Below the pieces are notes generated by a model. It saw only the letters and a program-made list of their open reading frames with translations, searched no databases and was not told the origin of the DNA. Positions 17,463 to 26,856 of a DNA stretch of 64,000 nt are shown in pieces. Both the position numbers and the translations under genes were made by a program. Position 1 is the first letter of the stretch. The number at the start of each line of letters is the position of its first letter. Origin of the DNA: a virus; the IMG/VR virus record IMGVR_UViG_3300025581_000001, positions 56,727-120,726 of that record; one strand, written 5' to 3'.

Positions 17463-18826
17463 ACCTTCTCCGCGACGAAGAGTTCCGGCGCATATTGCTC
17501 AGATTCCTGATCAAGGACAGGAACTTTCTGAAGACCTGTGGCCACCTGTTATCGGCGGAGGACTTCAAGCCCACGGCGCAGTCGGACGGTAACGAGACCT
17601 GGCTGATCGCATCGTGGGCGCTCGACTACTACCGCGAGCGTGGCGAGCCTATTGGTGGGCTGCTGCGCACCGAGGCGATGGAGAAGGCCGACACCCTGCG
17701 CTTCGGCTCTAAGCAGACGGCGCGGCTGCTGGCGGCGGTCAAGGAGTTGCAGAACCCGGCGACCGACGTTATCGCTGCTGATGCGGTGCAGGAGAAGGTG
17801 GTCGCCTTCAAGAAGAGCCGGGCCAAGCAGCGGGCGATGGAGAAGTTGGTTGAACTGCAAGAGCGCGGTGAACTTACTGATGAAAGGTGGTATGAAGTGA
17901 CGACGGAAGCTAACCGGATGTTCGAGATGGGCTACAAGATTACCGACTTCATGTCGGATGACGAGTTTAAGAAGCGAGCACTGCGGAGGGCCGACGAGCA
18001 GCGTAAACATCGGCGACCGTTTTTGCTCATTGACGAGATCGACCGGATGTACCCGACTGGCTTTATAGGGCGGGGAATGTTGGGTGTGATACTCGGCTAT
18101 CTTAAGGCTGGCAAATCGCTGGCACTGGATTGGGTGACACTCTCTTTGGCTTGGCAGGGGATGAACGTGCTGCACTTTGCCTTGGAAGACCCGGCCAATG
18201 AAGTCGAAGACCGGCTGGACGCCGCCATTACCCACCTACCGATAAACCGGCTGGGCATGACGCCTATCAAGTTGCGCAAGCGCTTCGAGCGGATGCGGCA
18301 TACGATGCACGGTCGTCTGAAGGTTATCGACGGCACTGAAGGTGGCATGTCGGTGCAGCGCATGGATGAGATTTATGAGCGAGAGCGTAACCTGGGATTC
18401 TACGCAGATGCGATAGTGTGTGACTACGACGACGAAGTCGAGCCACCGCGCAAGCAGAAAGACCGGCGCTTCGAGTTTGCTGACATCTACCGCGACTACC
18501 GTCGTCTTGTGGCCAAGCGCTCGCTGTTTGGGTGGATGGGGGCGCAGACCAACACCAAGGCCGAGGGCAAGCGAGTCATCACCGCGAGCAATTCGGCGGA
18601 GGACATCAGTAAGATACGCAAGGCAACCATAACCCTCGGCATCGGCGACGGCGAGTGGGGGGACGATTCGAAGTACCTGTCCATCGTGGCCAGTAAGATC
18701 GGGAGGCAGAAGATTGGCTGCAATATTATGACCAAGTACGAGCAGGGGTTGTTCTACGACCGCGATGCAACGCTGGAGCGTATGGCACAGGAGGAAGGCG
18801 GCAGGCCGACTAGGAGCAGGGGATGA
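17459..18826 (+). CDS. dnaB: DnaB-like (SF4) replicative helicase
   Basis: Walker A GYLKAGKS, VLHFALED (H1a), IVCDYDD (H2), AQTN (H3), AEDISK. Confidence 0.85.
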   Translation: MNLLRDEEFRRILLRFLIKDRNFLKTCGHLLSAEDFKPTAQSDGNETWLIASWALDYYRERGEPIGGLLRTEAMEKADTLRFGSKQTARLLAAVKELQNPATDVIAADAVQEKVVAFKKSRAKQRAMEKLVELQERGELTDERWYEVTTEANRMFEMGYKITDFMSDDEFKKRALRRADEQRKHRRPFLLIDEIDRMYPTGFIGRGMLGVILGYLKAGKSLALDWVTLSLAWQGMNVLHFALEDPANEVEDRLDAAITHLPINRLGMTPIKLRKRFERMRHTMHGRLKVIDGTEGGMSVQRMDEIYERERNLGFYADAIVCDYDDEVEPPRKQKDRRFEFADIYRDYRRLVAKRSLFGWMGAQTNTKAEGKRVITASNSAEDISKIRKATITLGIGDGEWGDDSKYLSIVASKIGRQKIGCNIMTKYEQGLFYDRDATLERMAQEEGGRPTRSRG

Positions 18827-19056
18827 GCGTCAACTTCGAAGACAGGTTCGACGAGACCGGGATGTACCGCCACCGAGAGAACAGGTGGATGGCTCCGACG
18901 CGGCACAAGCGTGGGCCGAACAAGACGCAGACGCACTGGCTGGGCAGCAAGGTGCTGTGCGAGACGCATGGGGTGCGGCAGGTGGTCGGCTTCCCGAATC
19001 ACAAGTTGATGGTGCTGGAGTGCGGCTGCAAGCGGGGGCTGGAACAGTTGAAATGA
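18823..19056 (+). CDS. Hypothetical protein, possible Zn-binding
   Basis: CETHG...LECGC; ATGA overlap. Confidence 0.5.
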   Translation: MSVNFEDRFDETGMYRHRENRWMAPTRHKRGPNKTQTHWLGSKVLCETHGVRQVVGFPNHKLMVLECGCKRGLEQLK

Positions 19057-19065
19057 GAGGGGAAT

Positions 19066-19284
19066 ATGAAAGTGAATCTGGATGAGTTAGAACGTAGATT
19101 GAAGCGACGGACGATATTGAATATTGTAGGAATAGCATCAGCTACTATTCTAGCGATGAATGTGCCGCTCTACTTTGTATTTCGAGATGCTGCTTGGCGG
19201 CACGGAGCAGCGCAGCTTGGCTTGGCGATTGCTGGAGCACTTGGGTTGGTCGCTACTCTAATCTACGCAAGAAAGACACGATGA
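19066..19284 (+). CDS. Small two-TM membrane protein
   Basis: Two hydrophobic segments; GAGAGGGG RBS. Confidence 0.55.
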   Translation: MKVNLDELERRLKRRTILNIVGIASATILAMNVPLYFVFRDAAWRHGAAQLGLAIAGALGLVATLIYARKTR

Positions 19285-20228
19285 CCTTCGAGCAGATACT
19301 TGACAGCAAGGGCATCCACCACGAGCAGGGCTCACCGGGGTGGATAAACATACTCTGTCCTTTCTGTGAGATCCGAGGCAAGCAGCAGGGCAGTCGTCCG
19401 TTGCTTGGCGTGCATGTATCGAATGACTGCGCCTATTGTCTGCACTGTCAATGGAGCTGCAAGAATGGTGGAGTGCAGAAGGTGCTGGATGCACTGCGTA
19501 TCGTCGAGCAGGTCAGCGGCAGAGAGAAGCCTGCTGATGTTGAGGAAGCCGAGGCCAAGCTGCCCGACGAGTACGTGCGATTGATTCCGATTCCGAAAGG
19601 CGACATGCTGCGCGAAGCCTACAACTACTTGCGCCATCGCGGAGTGTCAGACGCGCAGATTACTAAGAAGCGGGTCGGGGTGTGCCTGAGTGGGCGCTAC
19701 GCCTACCGTGTGATCTTTCCGGTGATTACCGAGCACGAGCTGCGAGGCTTTGTAGCCCGCGACTTCACCGACAGGCAGAAGGTGCCATACCTGAATAGTG
19801 TGGGTACCAAGGCGGTGTACAACTTGAAAGGCAGACGGCAGAACGTGGCACTGCTGTTCGAGGGCATCCTGAAGTGCTTGGCGGCGGAGCGGGTGCTGGG
19901 TGAGGATGCAGATTGCCTCGCGGTGCTGGGCAAGTCGATCACCGACGAGCAGGTCGAGTTGCTGCGTGGCTACAAGCGAGTGGTGTTGGTGCCCGATAAT
20001 GATGGGCCAGGGCTGCGGGGCACGCTGAAGATGGCGCAGAAGTTGTGCACCGAAGGATTCAATGTTGGCATTACTCGGTTGCCAGTTGAGTTTAAGGATT
20101 GCGATGATGCCTACGTTGCCGGAGACTTCGGTTGCATACGTGAATTGCTGACCTATGCCAGACCATACAACGAGGTAACCGAAACTAAGACACGCATCGA
20201 AGCAGCGTGGGATTTTCGGAGTCGCTGA
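19281..20228 (+). CDS. dnaG: DNA primase (Zn finger + TOPRIM)
   Basis: CPFC...CLHC zinc finger; RVIFP...FVAR; FEG and PDND TOPRIM motifs; KDCDD. Confidence 0.88.
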   Translation: MTFEQILDSKGIHHEQGSPGWINILCPFCEIRGKQQGSRPLLGVHVSNDCAYCLHCQWSCKNGGVQKVLDALRIVEQVSGREKPADVEEAEAKLPDEYVRLIPIPKGDMLREAYNYLRHRGVSDAQITKKRVGVCLSGRYAYRVIFPVITEHELRGFVARDFTDRQKVPYLNSVGTKAVYNLKGRRQNVALLFEGILKCLAAERVLGEDADCLAVLGKSITDEQVELLRGYKRVVLVPDNDGPGLRGTLKMAQKLCTEGFNVGITRLPVEFKDCDDAYVAGDFGCIRELLTYARPYNEVTETKTRIEAAWDFRSR

Positions 20229-20242
20229 AAAGGAGAGAAATC

Positions 20243-20524
20243 ATGAAGGTTGGAGAGTTGATTGAACAGCTAAAACAAGTGCCTGCAGAACTGCGAGTGG
20301 TTGTTCGTGGTTATGAAGATGGCGTCGATGATGTCAATGTGTGCGAACGCGTATCGATATCAGTTGATGGCTTATCAGGCTACGATTACTATGGCATGCA
20401 TGCTCTGGCGTCTGAAGGAAAAGAGAGGCACATTCAAGACACAAAAGGAACCGGGATTGTTCCTGCGCTTTACATAAGAAGCGGGCGTGGTGGAGATCCA
20501 TCGCAGTCGGATGATGACGAATGA
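20243..20524 (+). CDS. Conserved phage hypothetical protein (MKVGELIEQL...VVVRGYEDG)
   Basis: AAGGAG RBS; familiar phage motif. Confidence 0.6.
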   Translation: MKVGELIEQLKQVPAELRVVVRGYEDGVDDVNVCERVSISVDGLSGYDYYGMHALASEGKERHIQDTKGTGIVPALYIRSGRGGDPSQSDDDE

Positions 20525-21462
20525 ATCAAGTTCTCATTATCGATGCAAACAACTTGTCACATCGAGCGCATTGGAGCCGACGTGGTCTGAGTAGCCGTGG
20601 CCGACCGACTTCGGTGCTGGCGGGTGTGTTGTCGATGCTGGCGACCATTGCACGGAAGATGCCTGACACTCCAATGGTCTGGGTGTGGGACGGCGGAGGA
20701 ACAACGTGGCGGCACAAGCTGCTGGCCAAGCGAGGCACATATAAGGGCGGGCGGCGGACAACCAACCAAGCCGACTACGAGTCGGTCGAGAAGCAGATGC
20801 CGGTGCTGCGCAGCTTCCTGAAAAACGTGATGGGCTTCAGGAACGTCTTGATACCAGGCGTTGAGGCCGACGACGTGATCGGTGTGCTGTCGCAGGCGCT
20901 GCCACAGCACGTGGTCATCTACAGTGGCGACCGTGATTTCTTTCAGCTTATCTCTGACAAGGTCGATGTGTGGCGTCCTAAGACGGGAGAGAAGCGACCG
21001 ACGCTGGTGACCGACAAGGCGGTGCGTCGCGAGTTCAAGGTCGGCGTTCGGCAGTGGATTAAGTACCGGGCGCTGTGTGGCGATGCCAGCGACAAGATTC
21101 CGAATGCCTGCAAGGGGGTGGGGCCGAAGACGGCGGCGCTGCTGGTGAAGATTGGGGTGGACGCGAGCGCGGTCGAGTTCCGCAGTATGCCGTTGATGGT
21201 GAAGGTGCATCCAAGGGTCGTGTTGTTGCAGAATCACTGGCGGAACATCCACGAGAACTACGAGTTGTGCAAGATTCCGACCGAGTTCGATGAACGGATG
21301 ACAGTTGCTACTCGCCAAGAGTTGATTTTGGATGTAGCAATGCTTCAGAACTATGGCGTTGGACGAAGGTGTGGTTCGTACCATGCGATGCTGAAGTTCC
21401 TCGCCGACTATGAGCTGGCTGATGCATATGAGCGGAGAGAGACGTTGTGGAGGATTCCGTGA
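20521..21462 (+). CDS. 5'-3' exonuclease / flap endonuclease
   Basis: LIIDANN, WVWD, YKGGR, EADDVIG, SGDRDFFQL, LCGDASDKIP..KGVGPKTA (H3TH). Confidence 0.92.
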   Translation: MNQVLIIDANNLSHRAHWSRRGLSSRGRPTSVLAGVLSMLATIARKMPDTPMVWVWDGGGTTWRHKLLAKRGTYKGGRRTTNQADYESVEKQMPVLRSFLKNVMGFRNVLIPGVEADDVIGVLSQALPQHVVIYSGDRDFFQLISDKVDVWRPKTGEKRPTLVTDKAVRREFKVGVRQWIKYRALCGDASDKIPNACKGVGPKTAALLVKIGVDASAVEFRSMPLMVKVHPRVVLLQNHWRNIHENYELCKIPTEFDERMTVATRQELILDVAMLQNYGVGRRCGSYHAMLKFLADYELADAYERRETLWRIP

Positions 21463-21668
21463 ACGAAGCTGAATGGAAAGAAAAGCTTGATAAGGTAACG
21501 ATTGAACTTTTCAAGCCCGATTCGTATGAAGACCCTTATTGTTGTACTCCTACACGTATGGATGTTGTGAATAGGATTCGAGAAGAGTTTGGATTGGATG
21601 CGATTCCAACCGAGGGAAAGCAATACCTAACACCTCCTCAGATATTGAGAAAGATATTCAAGCGGTAA
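21459..21668 (+). CDS. Hypothetical protein
   Basis: GTGA overlap with the exonuclease stop; GGAGG RBS. Confidence 0.45.
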   Translation: MNEAEWKEKLDKVTIELFKPDSYEDPYCCTPTRMDVVNRIREEFGLDAIPTEGKQYLTPPQILRKIFKR

Positions 21669-21679
21669 GTGAGGTCAAG

Positions 21680-22297
21680 ATGGTAAGACCGGAAGACGTG
21701 GAAGGCTACAAGCGGATGGTGGCGGCGCACGCCCTGCTGGCGTGGCGCTACCTGCCACCGCAGGTCAGGGCGACGACCGACGTCGACGACCTGATTCAGG
21801 ACGGGCTGATGTTCGCCCGCTTCGGGCTGGCACCGAAGTGGAGGCCTGAATGGGGCAAGTTCACGACCTTGTTGCACGCCTCGCTGCCGCACTTCTACAT
21901 GAACAAGATAATGGCGAACGGCGGGCCACGCAAGGCGCAGCGCATTACGCTGGGCGCGGTGTCGATAGAGGACATCTGGATAGACCTGTGTCCCTACTTG
22001 CACGAGCAGCCGGTGGACAATGCGATGTGCGACCATGTGGTGCGGGCGTTCGAGCGCATCTACTGCGATGGCAGCCTTCCTTTGCGGGAGAGCCTGCGGC
22101 GCTGGTTCCTGAATGCTGGAGTTAATGCTCACAAGCATGGTGCGCGCTTTGAAAGAGACCGGCAGGAGTTCTTGCGGCTGGCGAGCAGGTACAACGTGGA
22201 CAAGACCGACTGCCAGATACTTATGGCGAGTGATCGTTGCCAACAGCGGCTTGCGAGTCTATTGCCCGAACAGCACTTTGTGCCGGTGACGTTGTGA
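21680..22297 (+). CDS. Sigma-70 region 2-like protein (putative phage sigma factor)
   Basis: DVDDLIQDGLMFA...KWRPEWGKFTTLL resembles the sigma region 2 consensus DLIQEG.IGL....FDP.RG.KFSTYA. Confidence 0.55.
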   Translation: MVRPEDVEGYKRMVAAHALLAWRYLPPQVRATTDVDDLIQDGLMFARFGLAPKWRPEWGKFTTLLHASLPHFYMNKIMANGGPRKAQRITLGAVSIEDIWIDLCPYLHEQPVDNAMCDHVVRAFERIYCDGSLPLRESLRRWFLNAGVNAHKHGARFERDRQEFLRLASRYNVDKTDCQILMASDRCQQRLASLLPEQHFVPVTL

Positions 22298-23046
22298 ACG
22301 GCTGCGGAAGACAAATCGGGGCTTTCGATTGCTGCACGGTGGTGCAGGGCGATTGTCTGAAGTTGATTCGGCAACTGCCAATGGGTGGCGTCAGCCTGTG
22401 CGCGACTGACCCTCCGTATGGAATCGACTACCAGTCGAACATGCGGACGCGAAGCGACAAGTTCAGGAAACTGGCCAACGACGCCAATGACTCGCGCTTT
22501 GAGATGTACCACCAGCTGCGGCGGGTGCTGGCGATGAACTCAGTCTTGGTCAGCTTCTGCAGCTGGAAGAACTACGCGGTGGACTACGTGGAGTTGCAAA
22601 AGTGGTTCACGGTGCGCAATGCCATCGTGTGGAACAAGGGAGGTGGAGGCATCGGCGACTTGAAGCACAGCCTAGCCACCGACTACGAGATGGCAATCGT
22701 GGCCCACTGGGGCAAATGCAAGCTGCGGGGCAAGCGCGACGGCAGCGTGTGGACGGTGGGCAAGATTAACCCCAACGCGATGGAGCACGCCACCGAGAAG
22801 CCGGTGGCGCTGTTCGAGAAGATCATCGCCAAGTTCTCCGACCCTGGTGCGTTGGTGCTCGACCCGTACTGCGGCGGGGGCAGCTGCCTGATTGCGGCGC
22901 GCAGGCTGGGGCGTCACTTCCTTGGATTCGAGCTGGATGAGAAGTACTGCCGAATGGCGGCTAAGCGGGTAGCGCGAGTGGAGCCCATGCCGCAGATGCA
23001 AACCAAGGGGAGCAAGTCGTTCGAGTACTTCAACGTGCTGCGATGA
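22294..23046 (+). CDS. Orphan amino-DNA methyltransferase 1 (beta class)
   Basis: TDPPYG precedes HATEKP and DPYCGGGS; start GTG overlaps the previous stop. Confidence 0.9.
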   Translation: MNGCGRQIGAFDCCTVVQGDCLKLIRQLPMGGVSLCATDPPYGIDYQSNMRTRSDKFRKLANDANDSRFEMYHQLRRVLAMNSVLVSFCSWKNYAVDYVELQKWFTVRNAIVWNKGGGGIGDLKHSLATDYEMAIVAHWGKCKLRGKRDGSVWTVGKINPNAMEHATEKPVALFEKIIAKFSDPGALVLDPYCGGGSCLIAARRLGRHFLGFELDEKYCRMAAKRVARVEPMPQMQTKGSKSFEYFNVLR

Positions 23047-23294
23047 GAATAAAGCCGGGTAGCGTATTCGTTTGTCAGCGATGTGAACGCCGCTTCACCG
23101 AGGAGGACTTCGGCAAGCTGCGCTTCTTCCCGTCGACCGGCATCTGCCGCGTCTGCTACATCGAGGCGATGGGCGACGGTAGCGTGTGCTTCGGCAAACG
23201 CGAGTACCTGGATGTTGAGAAGACGGCGTGCAAGCGGGTCTGTCCAGATAGATTTGTGTGCAGACTTTTCGTGAAGCTAGAGGAGTTGCTGTGA
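23043..23294 (+). CDS. Cys-rich zinc-finger protein
   Basis: CQRC, CRVC, CFG, CKRVC...C. Confidence 0.55.
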   Translation: MRIKPGSVFVCQRCERRFTEEDFGKLRFFPSTGICRVCYIEAMGDGSVCFGKREYLDVEKTACKRVCPDRFVCRLFVKLEELL

Positions 23295-23557
23295 GTGTTT
23301 TTGTAGACAATATGGAGGCTCCATTTGGCCGCATGATAATGTGCCACATGATTGCGGACTCGACAGAAGAGCTTTGCTTGATGGCCTGCAAGATTGGCGT
23401 TGCTCGGAAGTGGATTCAGAAGAAGGGGACTGTCTACGAGCACTTTGACATCTGCCAATCAAAGCGTAATAAGGCTATTGCGATGGGTGCGGTAGAGACT
23501 ACTAAAAAGGACTTGGTCCGAATGCTGCACGACCGCAGAAAGAAGGCGTCAAAGTGA
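23291..23557 (+). CDS. DUF4031-family protein
   Basis: VFVDNM....GRMIMCHMIADSTEEL...IGVARKWIQ....EHFDI...KR..AI..GA. Confidence 0.85.
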   Translation: MSVFVDNMEAPFGRMIMCHMIADSTEELCLMACKIGVARKWIQKKGTVYEHFDICQSKRNKAIAMGAVETTKKDLVRMLHDRRKKASK

Positions 23558-23901
23558 ACCCGTTCCGCAATCCCGGCTCGCTGGCTCACCAAGCTTTCAA
23601 GATGGCGCTGCAAGGCACCAGTTTCGATGCGCTGCAAGCCTTGGCGAAGAAGAAGGGTGGTGATGCCTACCATTTGTTCGCGCACCTGCGCGCAGGCAAG
23701 CACAAGAACTTCGAATGGGACGTGGACGAGCGGGATGGCAAGTTTGCAATCAGGAGGGTAAGACAGAGTGACATGAATGGGGGTGGTAGCAGTGAAGAAG
23801 AGAGCCGAGGACGCGATGGTGCGCCAACTACTGAAGGGAGTGGCCCTGGTGGAGCGACGCAAGGAACCACGCAAGGGCAAGCAGTACCGGAGGAAGAATG
23901 A
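23554..23901 (+). CDS. Hypothetical protein (3' end uncertain)
   Basis: Ordered N-terminal ~70 aa; the C-terminal part overlaps an alternative ORF at 23782-23920. Confidence 0.45.
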   Translation: MNPFRNPGSLAHQAFKMALQGTSFDALQALAKKKGGDAYHLFAHLRAGKHKNFEWDVDERDGKFAIRRVRQSDMNGGGSSEEESRGRDGAPTTEGSGPGGATQGTTQGQAVPEEE

Positions 23902-24668
23902 AGACCGCAAAGCGGCGTGAGGGTTGTGGTCACAAGATTGGTGACTATGATTGCTGCACTGTGGTGTGTGGTGACTCCCTGAAGCTGCTGAAGCAGTTGC
24001 CTGTGAAGTCTATCGGTGCGGTGGTGACCGATCCGCCGTATGGCACGCAGAACCTCTGCGGCGGGTACGGGATGCGGCAACTGTATCCCGGCGGAACTGG
24101 ACGTCGCATCCTCAACGATGAAGATCTGTCCATGATAAGCGGCGCTGTGCCGATGCTCTACCGAGCGCTAAGGAAAGACAGCTGGATGATGTCGTTCTGC
24201 GGAGCGCGCACCATGCTGGAGATGGGAGACTTGATTCGCGGGGTCGGGTTCAAGTCGGTCGGGGAGTTCGTATGGGACAAGGGGCACGGGCTGGGCTACG
24301 GCCCGATTCGCTACATGCACGAGTCGATACTGGTCTTTTCCAAGGGTAAGCCATCGGCTACGACGAGGTGCAGCATAAGCATCATACGTGCATGCCCACC
24401 TAATCAGGACGCGAGACACCGGCATCCACATGAGAAGCCATTGCGGGTGACACTGCGGCTGGTGTCCATCGTTCAGGGAGTGGTGCTCGACCCATTTTGC
24501 GGAACTGGTTCAGTGGTGGTTGCTGCGAAGATGCAGGGCAAGCACTTTCTCGGATTCGAGCTGGATGCGTCCTATGCAGCGGAGGCTCGCAGCAGGCTTG
24601 CTAAATGTTCGGTGATGCCGGTAGCAGGCCGGAAGAATGACGGCGCGTTTTTGTATCATGAAATGTGA
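23898..24668 (+). CDS. Orphan amino-DNA methyltransferase 2 (beta class)
   Basis: VTDPPYG, HPHEKP, DPFCGTGS. Confidence 0.9.
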   Translation: MKTAKRREGCGHKIGDYDCCTVVCGDSLKLLKQLPVKSIGAVVTDPPYGTQNLCGGYGMRQLYPGGTGRRILNDEDLSMISGAVPMLYRALRKDSWMMSFCGARTMLEMGDLIRGVGFKSVGEFVWDKGHGLGYGPIRYMHESILVFSKGKPSATTRCSISIIRACPPNQDARHRHPHEKPLRVTLRLVSIVQGVVLDPFCGTGSVVVAAKMQGKHFLGFELDASYAAEARSRLAKCSVMPVAGRKNDGAFLYHEM

Positions 24669-25029
24669 AGCTCTGGTGGTCATCCAAGACGTGCCGCAGA
24701 TGCAGCTATGCCAAGTGTGCCCGGAGCCGGGGCACTGCTGCCACGAGATAGTGCTCTATGAGGACGGCGGAGTCGTTCCGTTCAAGTACAAGCGGGAGAC
24801 GTGGCGGGCGGATGCCGCCGCCGACATGGAGAGGCAGGGCTTCCCGTTCGTGCCGGTCGCAATCGAGGAGGACTTGGGCGGCGGCATGGTTTCCGTCAAG
24901 CTTGCCTGCCCGAAGCTGTCGGCGGATGGGCGCTGCACGATCTACACAAGCAGGCCGCAGCTGTGCCGAGATTATGTTCCGGGCGGCGGTGGTATCTGCG
25001 TGTTCGACTTTGAGAAGGAGAGTGAATGA
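24658..25029 (+). CDS. YkgJ-family CxxCxxCC Zn/Fe-chelating protein
   Basis: CQVCPEPGHCC...CPKL...GRCTIY.SRPQLCRDY. Confidence 0.8.
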   Translation: MKCEALVVIQDVPQMQLCQVCPEPGHCCHEIVLYEDGGVVPFKYKRETWRADAAADMERQGFPFVPVAIEEDLGGGMVSVKLACPKLSADGRCTIYTSRPQLCRDYVPGGGGICVFDFEKESE

Positions 25030-26177
25030 AACAAGCGACAGAAGAGTGTGTGGTGAAGAAGGAGCGTCTGCTGGATGCGCTGGAGATGCTCGACCAGATT
25101 CCGGTGCGAACCAGCCTCCCGACATCGGTGTACGTGAAGGCTACGCCTGTCGGAGGAAGCAAGTTGAGATTCGTGCGCTTGTACTTGTCGGCTGAGGTCG
25201 CAGGCTATGTGGATATAGCACCATATGCTGGATTGTGGCCGTTTGACCATACGGTCTACCTCGACCGTCGATTGTTGTTTTCATTCTGCTTGGCGGCGCG
25301 AACTATCAAGTCGAAGTCGGACTTCAAGTTCAAGGTGCAGAACGGCGAGCTGCTGGTGACCAGTGGTACTCGTAAGCTGAAGCTGGCGTGTGCGGTCGAG
25401 ACTGCCGGATACGCGCAGGCTCCGGTTGGCGGCAGCAGGGTGGAAGTCGAGCCAGAGCTGGTGGCCATGTTGCAGCGGGCGAAGCAATGCACGCAGGGGG
25501 AGTGGGCCAAAGCTGAGCTAGAGACCGTGATGCTGAACCCCGAGGACGGAGGCATCGCGCTGTATGCGACTACTGGAATGCTGCACTTCCGCGCTCAAGT
25601 ACCCAGCGAGTTGAAGCTGAAACGTCCGACGCCATTCCCGCTGATGCTCATCGACATGCTGAAGGCCAAGGTGCTGGCTGGGCTGGAGGTCACCGACAAG
25701 GAAGTCGTGCTGGTCTACCGGCACGGCAAACTGTGGCAGTCGATGAATGCGGTAGCCCGCAAGGAGTTCCCACTGGTCAATTTCTCGAAGATGGTGGCCA
25801 AGCTGCGTCAGAGTTCGAAGCCATCGTTCACCCTCTATTCGACGGCGCTGTCGGCATCGGTGCAACGGTTGGTGAGTTATCTGGCGTCGGTGCGCAAGCT
25901 GGACTGGATAGTGACGCTCAGCGGCAAGAAGGAGGACAGCAGCCGACTGGGGATGGTGGTCAAGATTAGCGGCGCGCTGTTTCGCGAGCAGGTGAAGTTG
26001 AAGTCATCACTGACTAACGACGTGGATGTTGACTGGCCACTGGATAAAGTGGCGGGTCTGTTGGTGGATGTTGCTGAGAAGGGGCGAGTCATGGCGGTGT
26101 CGCTCGACCAGCAGGGCCGGGCGTATGTGAAAGTGGGCAGTGATATCGAGTTGGTGGTACCGCGTCGTCTTAGGTAG
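25026..26177 (+). CDS. DnaN-like sliding clamp (beta subunit-like)
   Basis: 383 aa, matching beta-clamp size. N-terminal KERLLDALEMLDQIPVRTSLP parallels DnaN; LYATTG and EFP sit at DnaN-like positions. Located between replication genes, with a clamp loader nearby. Confidence 0.55.
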   Translation: MKQATEECVVKKERLLDALEMLDQIPVRTSLPTSVYVKATPVGGSKLRFVRLYLSAEVAGYVDIAPYAGLWPFDHTVYLDRRLLFSFCLAARTIKSKSDFKFKVQNGELLVTSGTRKLKLACAVETAGYAQAPVGGSRVEVEPELVAMLQRAKQCTQGEWAKAELETVMLNPEDGGIALYATTGMLHFRAQVPSELKLKRPTPFPLMLIDMLKAKVLAGLEVTDKEVVLVYRHGKLWQSMNAVARKEFPLVNFSKMVAKLRQSSKPSFTLYSTALSASVQRLVSYLASVRKLDWIVTLSGKKEDSSRLGMVVKISGALFREQVKLKSSLTNDVDVDWPLDKVAGLLVDVAEKGRVMAVSLDQQGRAYVKVGSDIELVVPRRLR

Positions 26178-26183
26178 CCGAAA

Positions 26184-26846
26184 ATGGGGAAAGTAACAAA
26201 TGAAACCGGCAAGCGCTACGGAAGATTGACGGTTATTCGTCGGTCTGACAAAGCGACGTATCGAGGAGCCTCTTGGCTTTGTCGATGTGATTGTGGAATG
26301 AAAACCGTGGTTGCAAGTTGCCATCTTCGTAAGGGGGATACTAGAAGTTGCGGGTGCCTGCGAGTTGACGTTGGCAGAGAACTTCTCACTACGCATGGGC
26401 TTTACTACGAACGGATGTCAGAGTACTGGACTTGGAACGACATGATTCGTCGTTGCTATAGCCCGAAACGTAAACGGTATCCAGATTACGGTGGTCGTGG
26501 AATTCGAGTCTGCAAGCGTTGGCGGGAATCATTTGCTAACTTTTTCGCTGATATGGGGCCACGCCCAAAGAGGCTGACGCTGGAGCGCAAGAACAACGAT
26601 GGCAACTACACTCCGAAGAACTGCTGCTGGGCTACCCGAAAGCAGCAGGTTCACAACCGTCGTGATCTTGTTGCTACGCACAGAAAGCTAACCAGAGAGC
26701 AAGCTTACTTCATTCGAGATGCTTATAACGCTGGTGGGGTGACACAGCAGCAACTTGCCGATAAATTCAAAGTGCATGTCACGAACATAAGTATGATCAC
26801 ACGAAATAAGATTTGGATGCCTGTACCATCACGAGGTGTTCTGTGA
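26184..26846 (+). CDS. Free-standing HNH homing endonuclease with C-terminal HTH
   Basis: GKRYGRLTV, WLCRCDCG, SCGC, YGGRGIRVCKRW, LERKNNDGNYTPKNCCWAT; C-terminal TQQQLADKFKV. Confidence 0.88.
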   Translation: MGKVTNETGKRYGRLTVIRRSDKATYRGASWLCRCDCGMKTVVASCHLRKGDTRSCGCLRVDVGRELLTTHGLYYERMSEYWTWNDMIRRCYSPKRKRYPDYGGRGIRVCKRWRESFANFFADMGPRPKRLTLERKNNDGNYTPKNCCWATRKQQVHNRRDLVATHRKLTREQAYFIRDAYNAGGVTQQQLADKFKVHVTNISMITRNKIWMPVPSRGVL

Positions 26847-26856
26847 GGCGGCTGCG

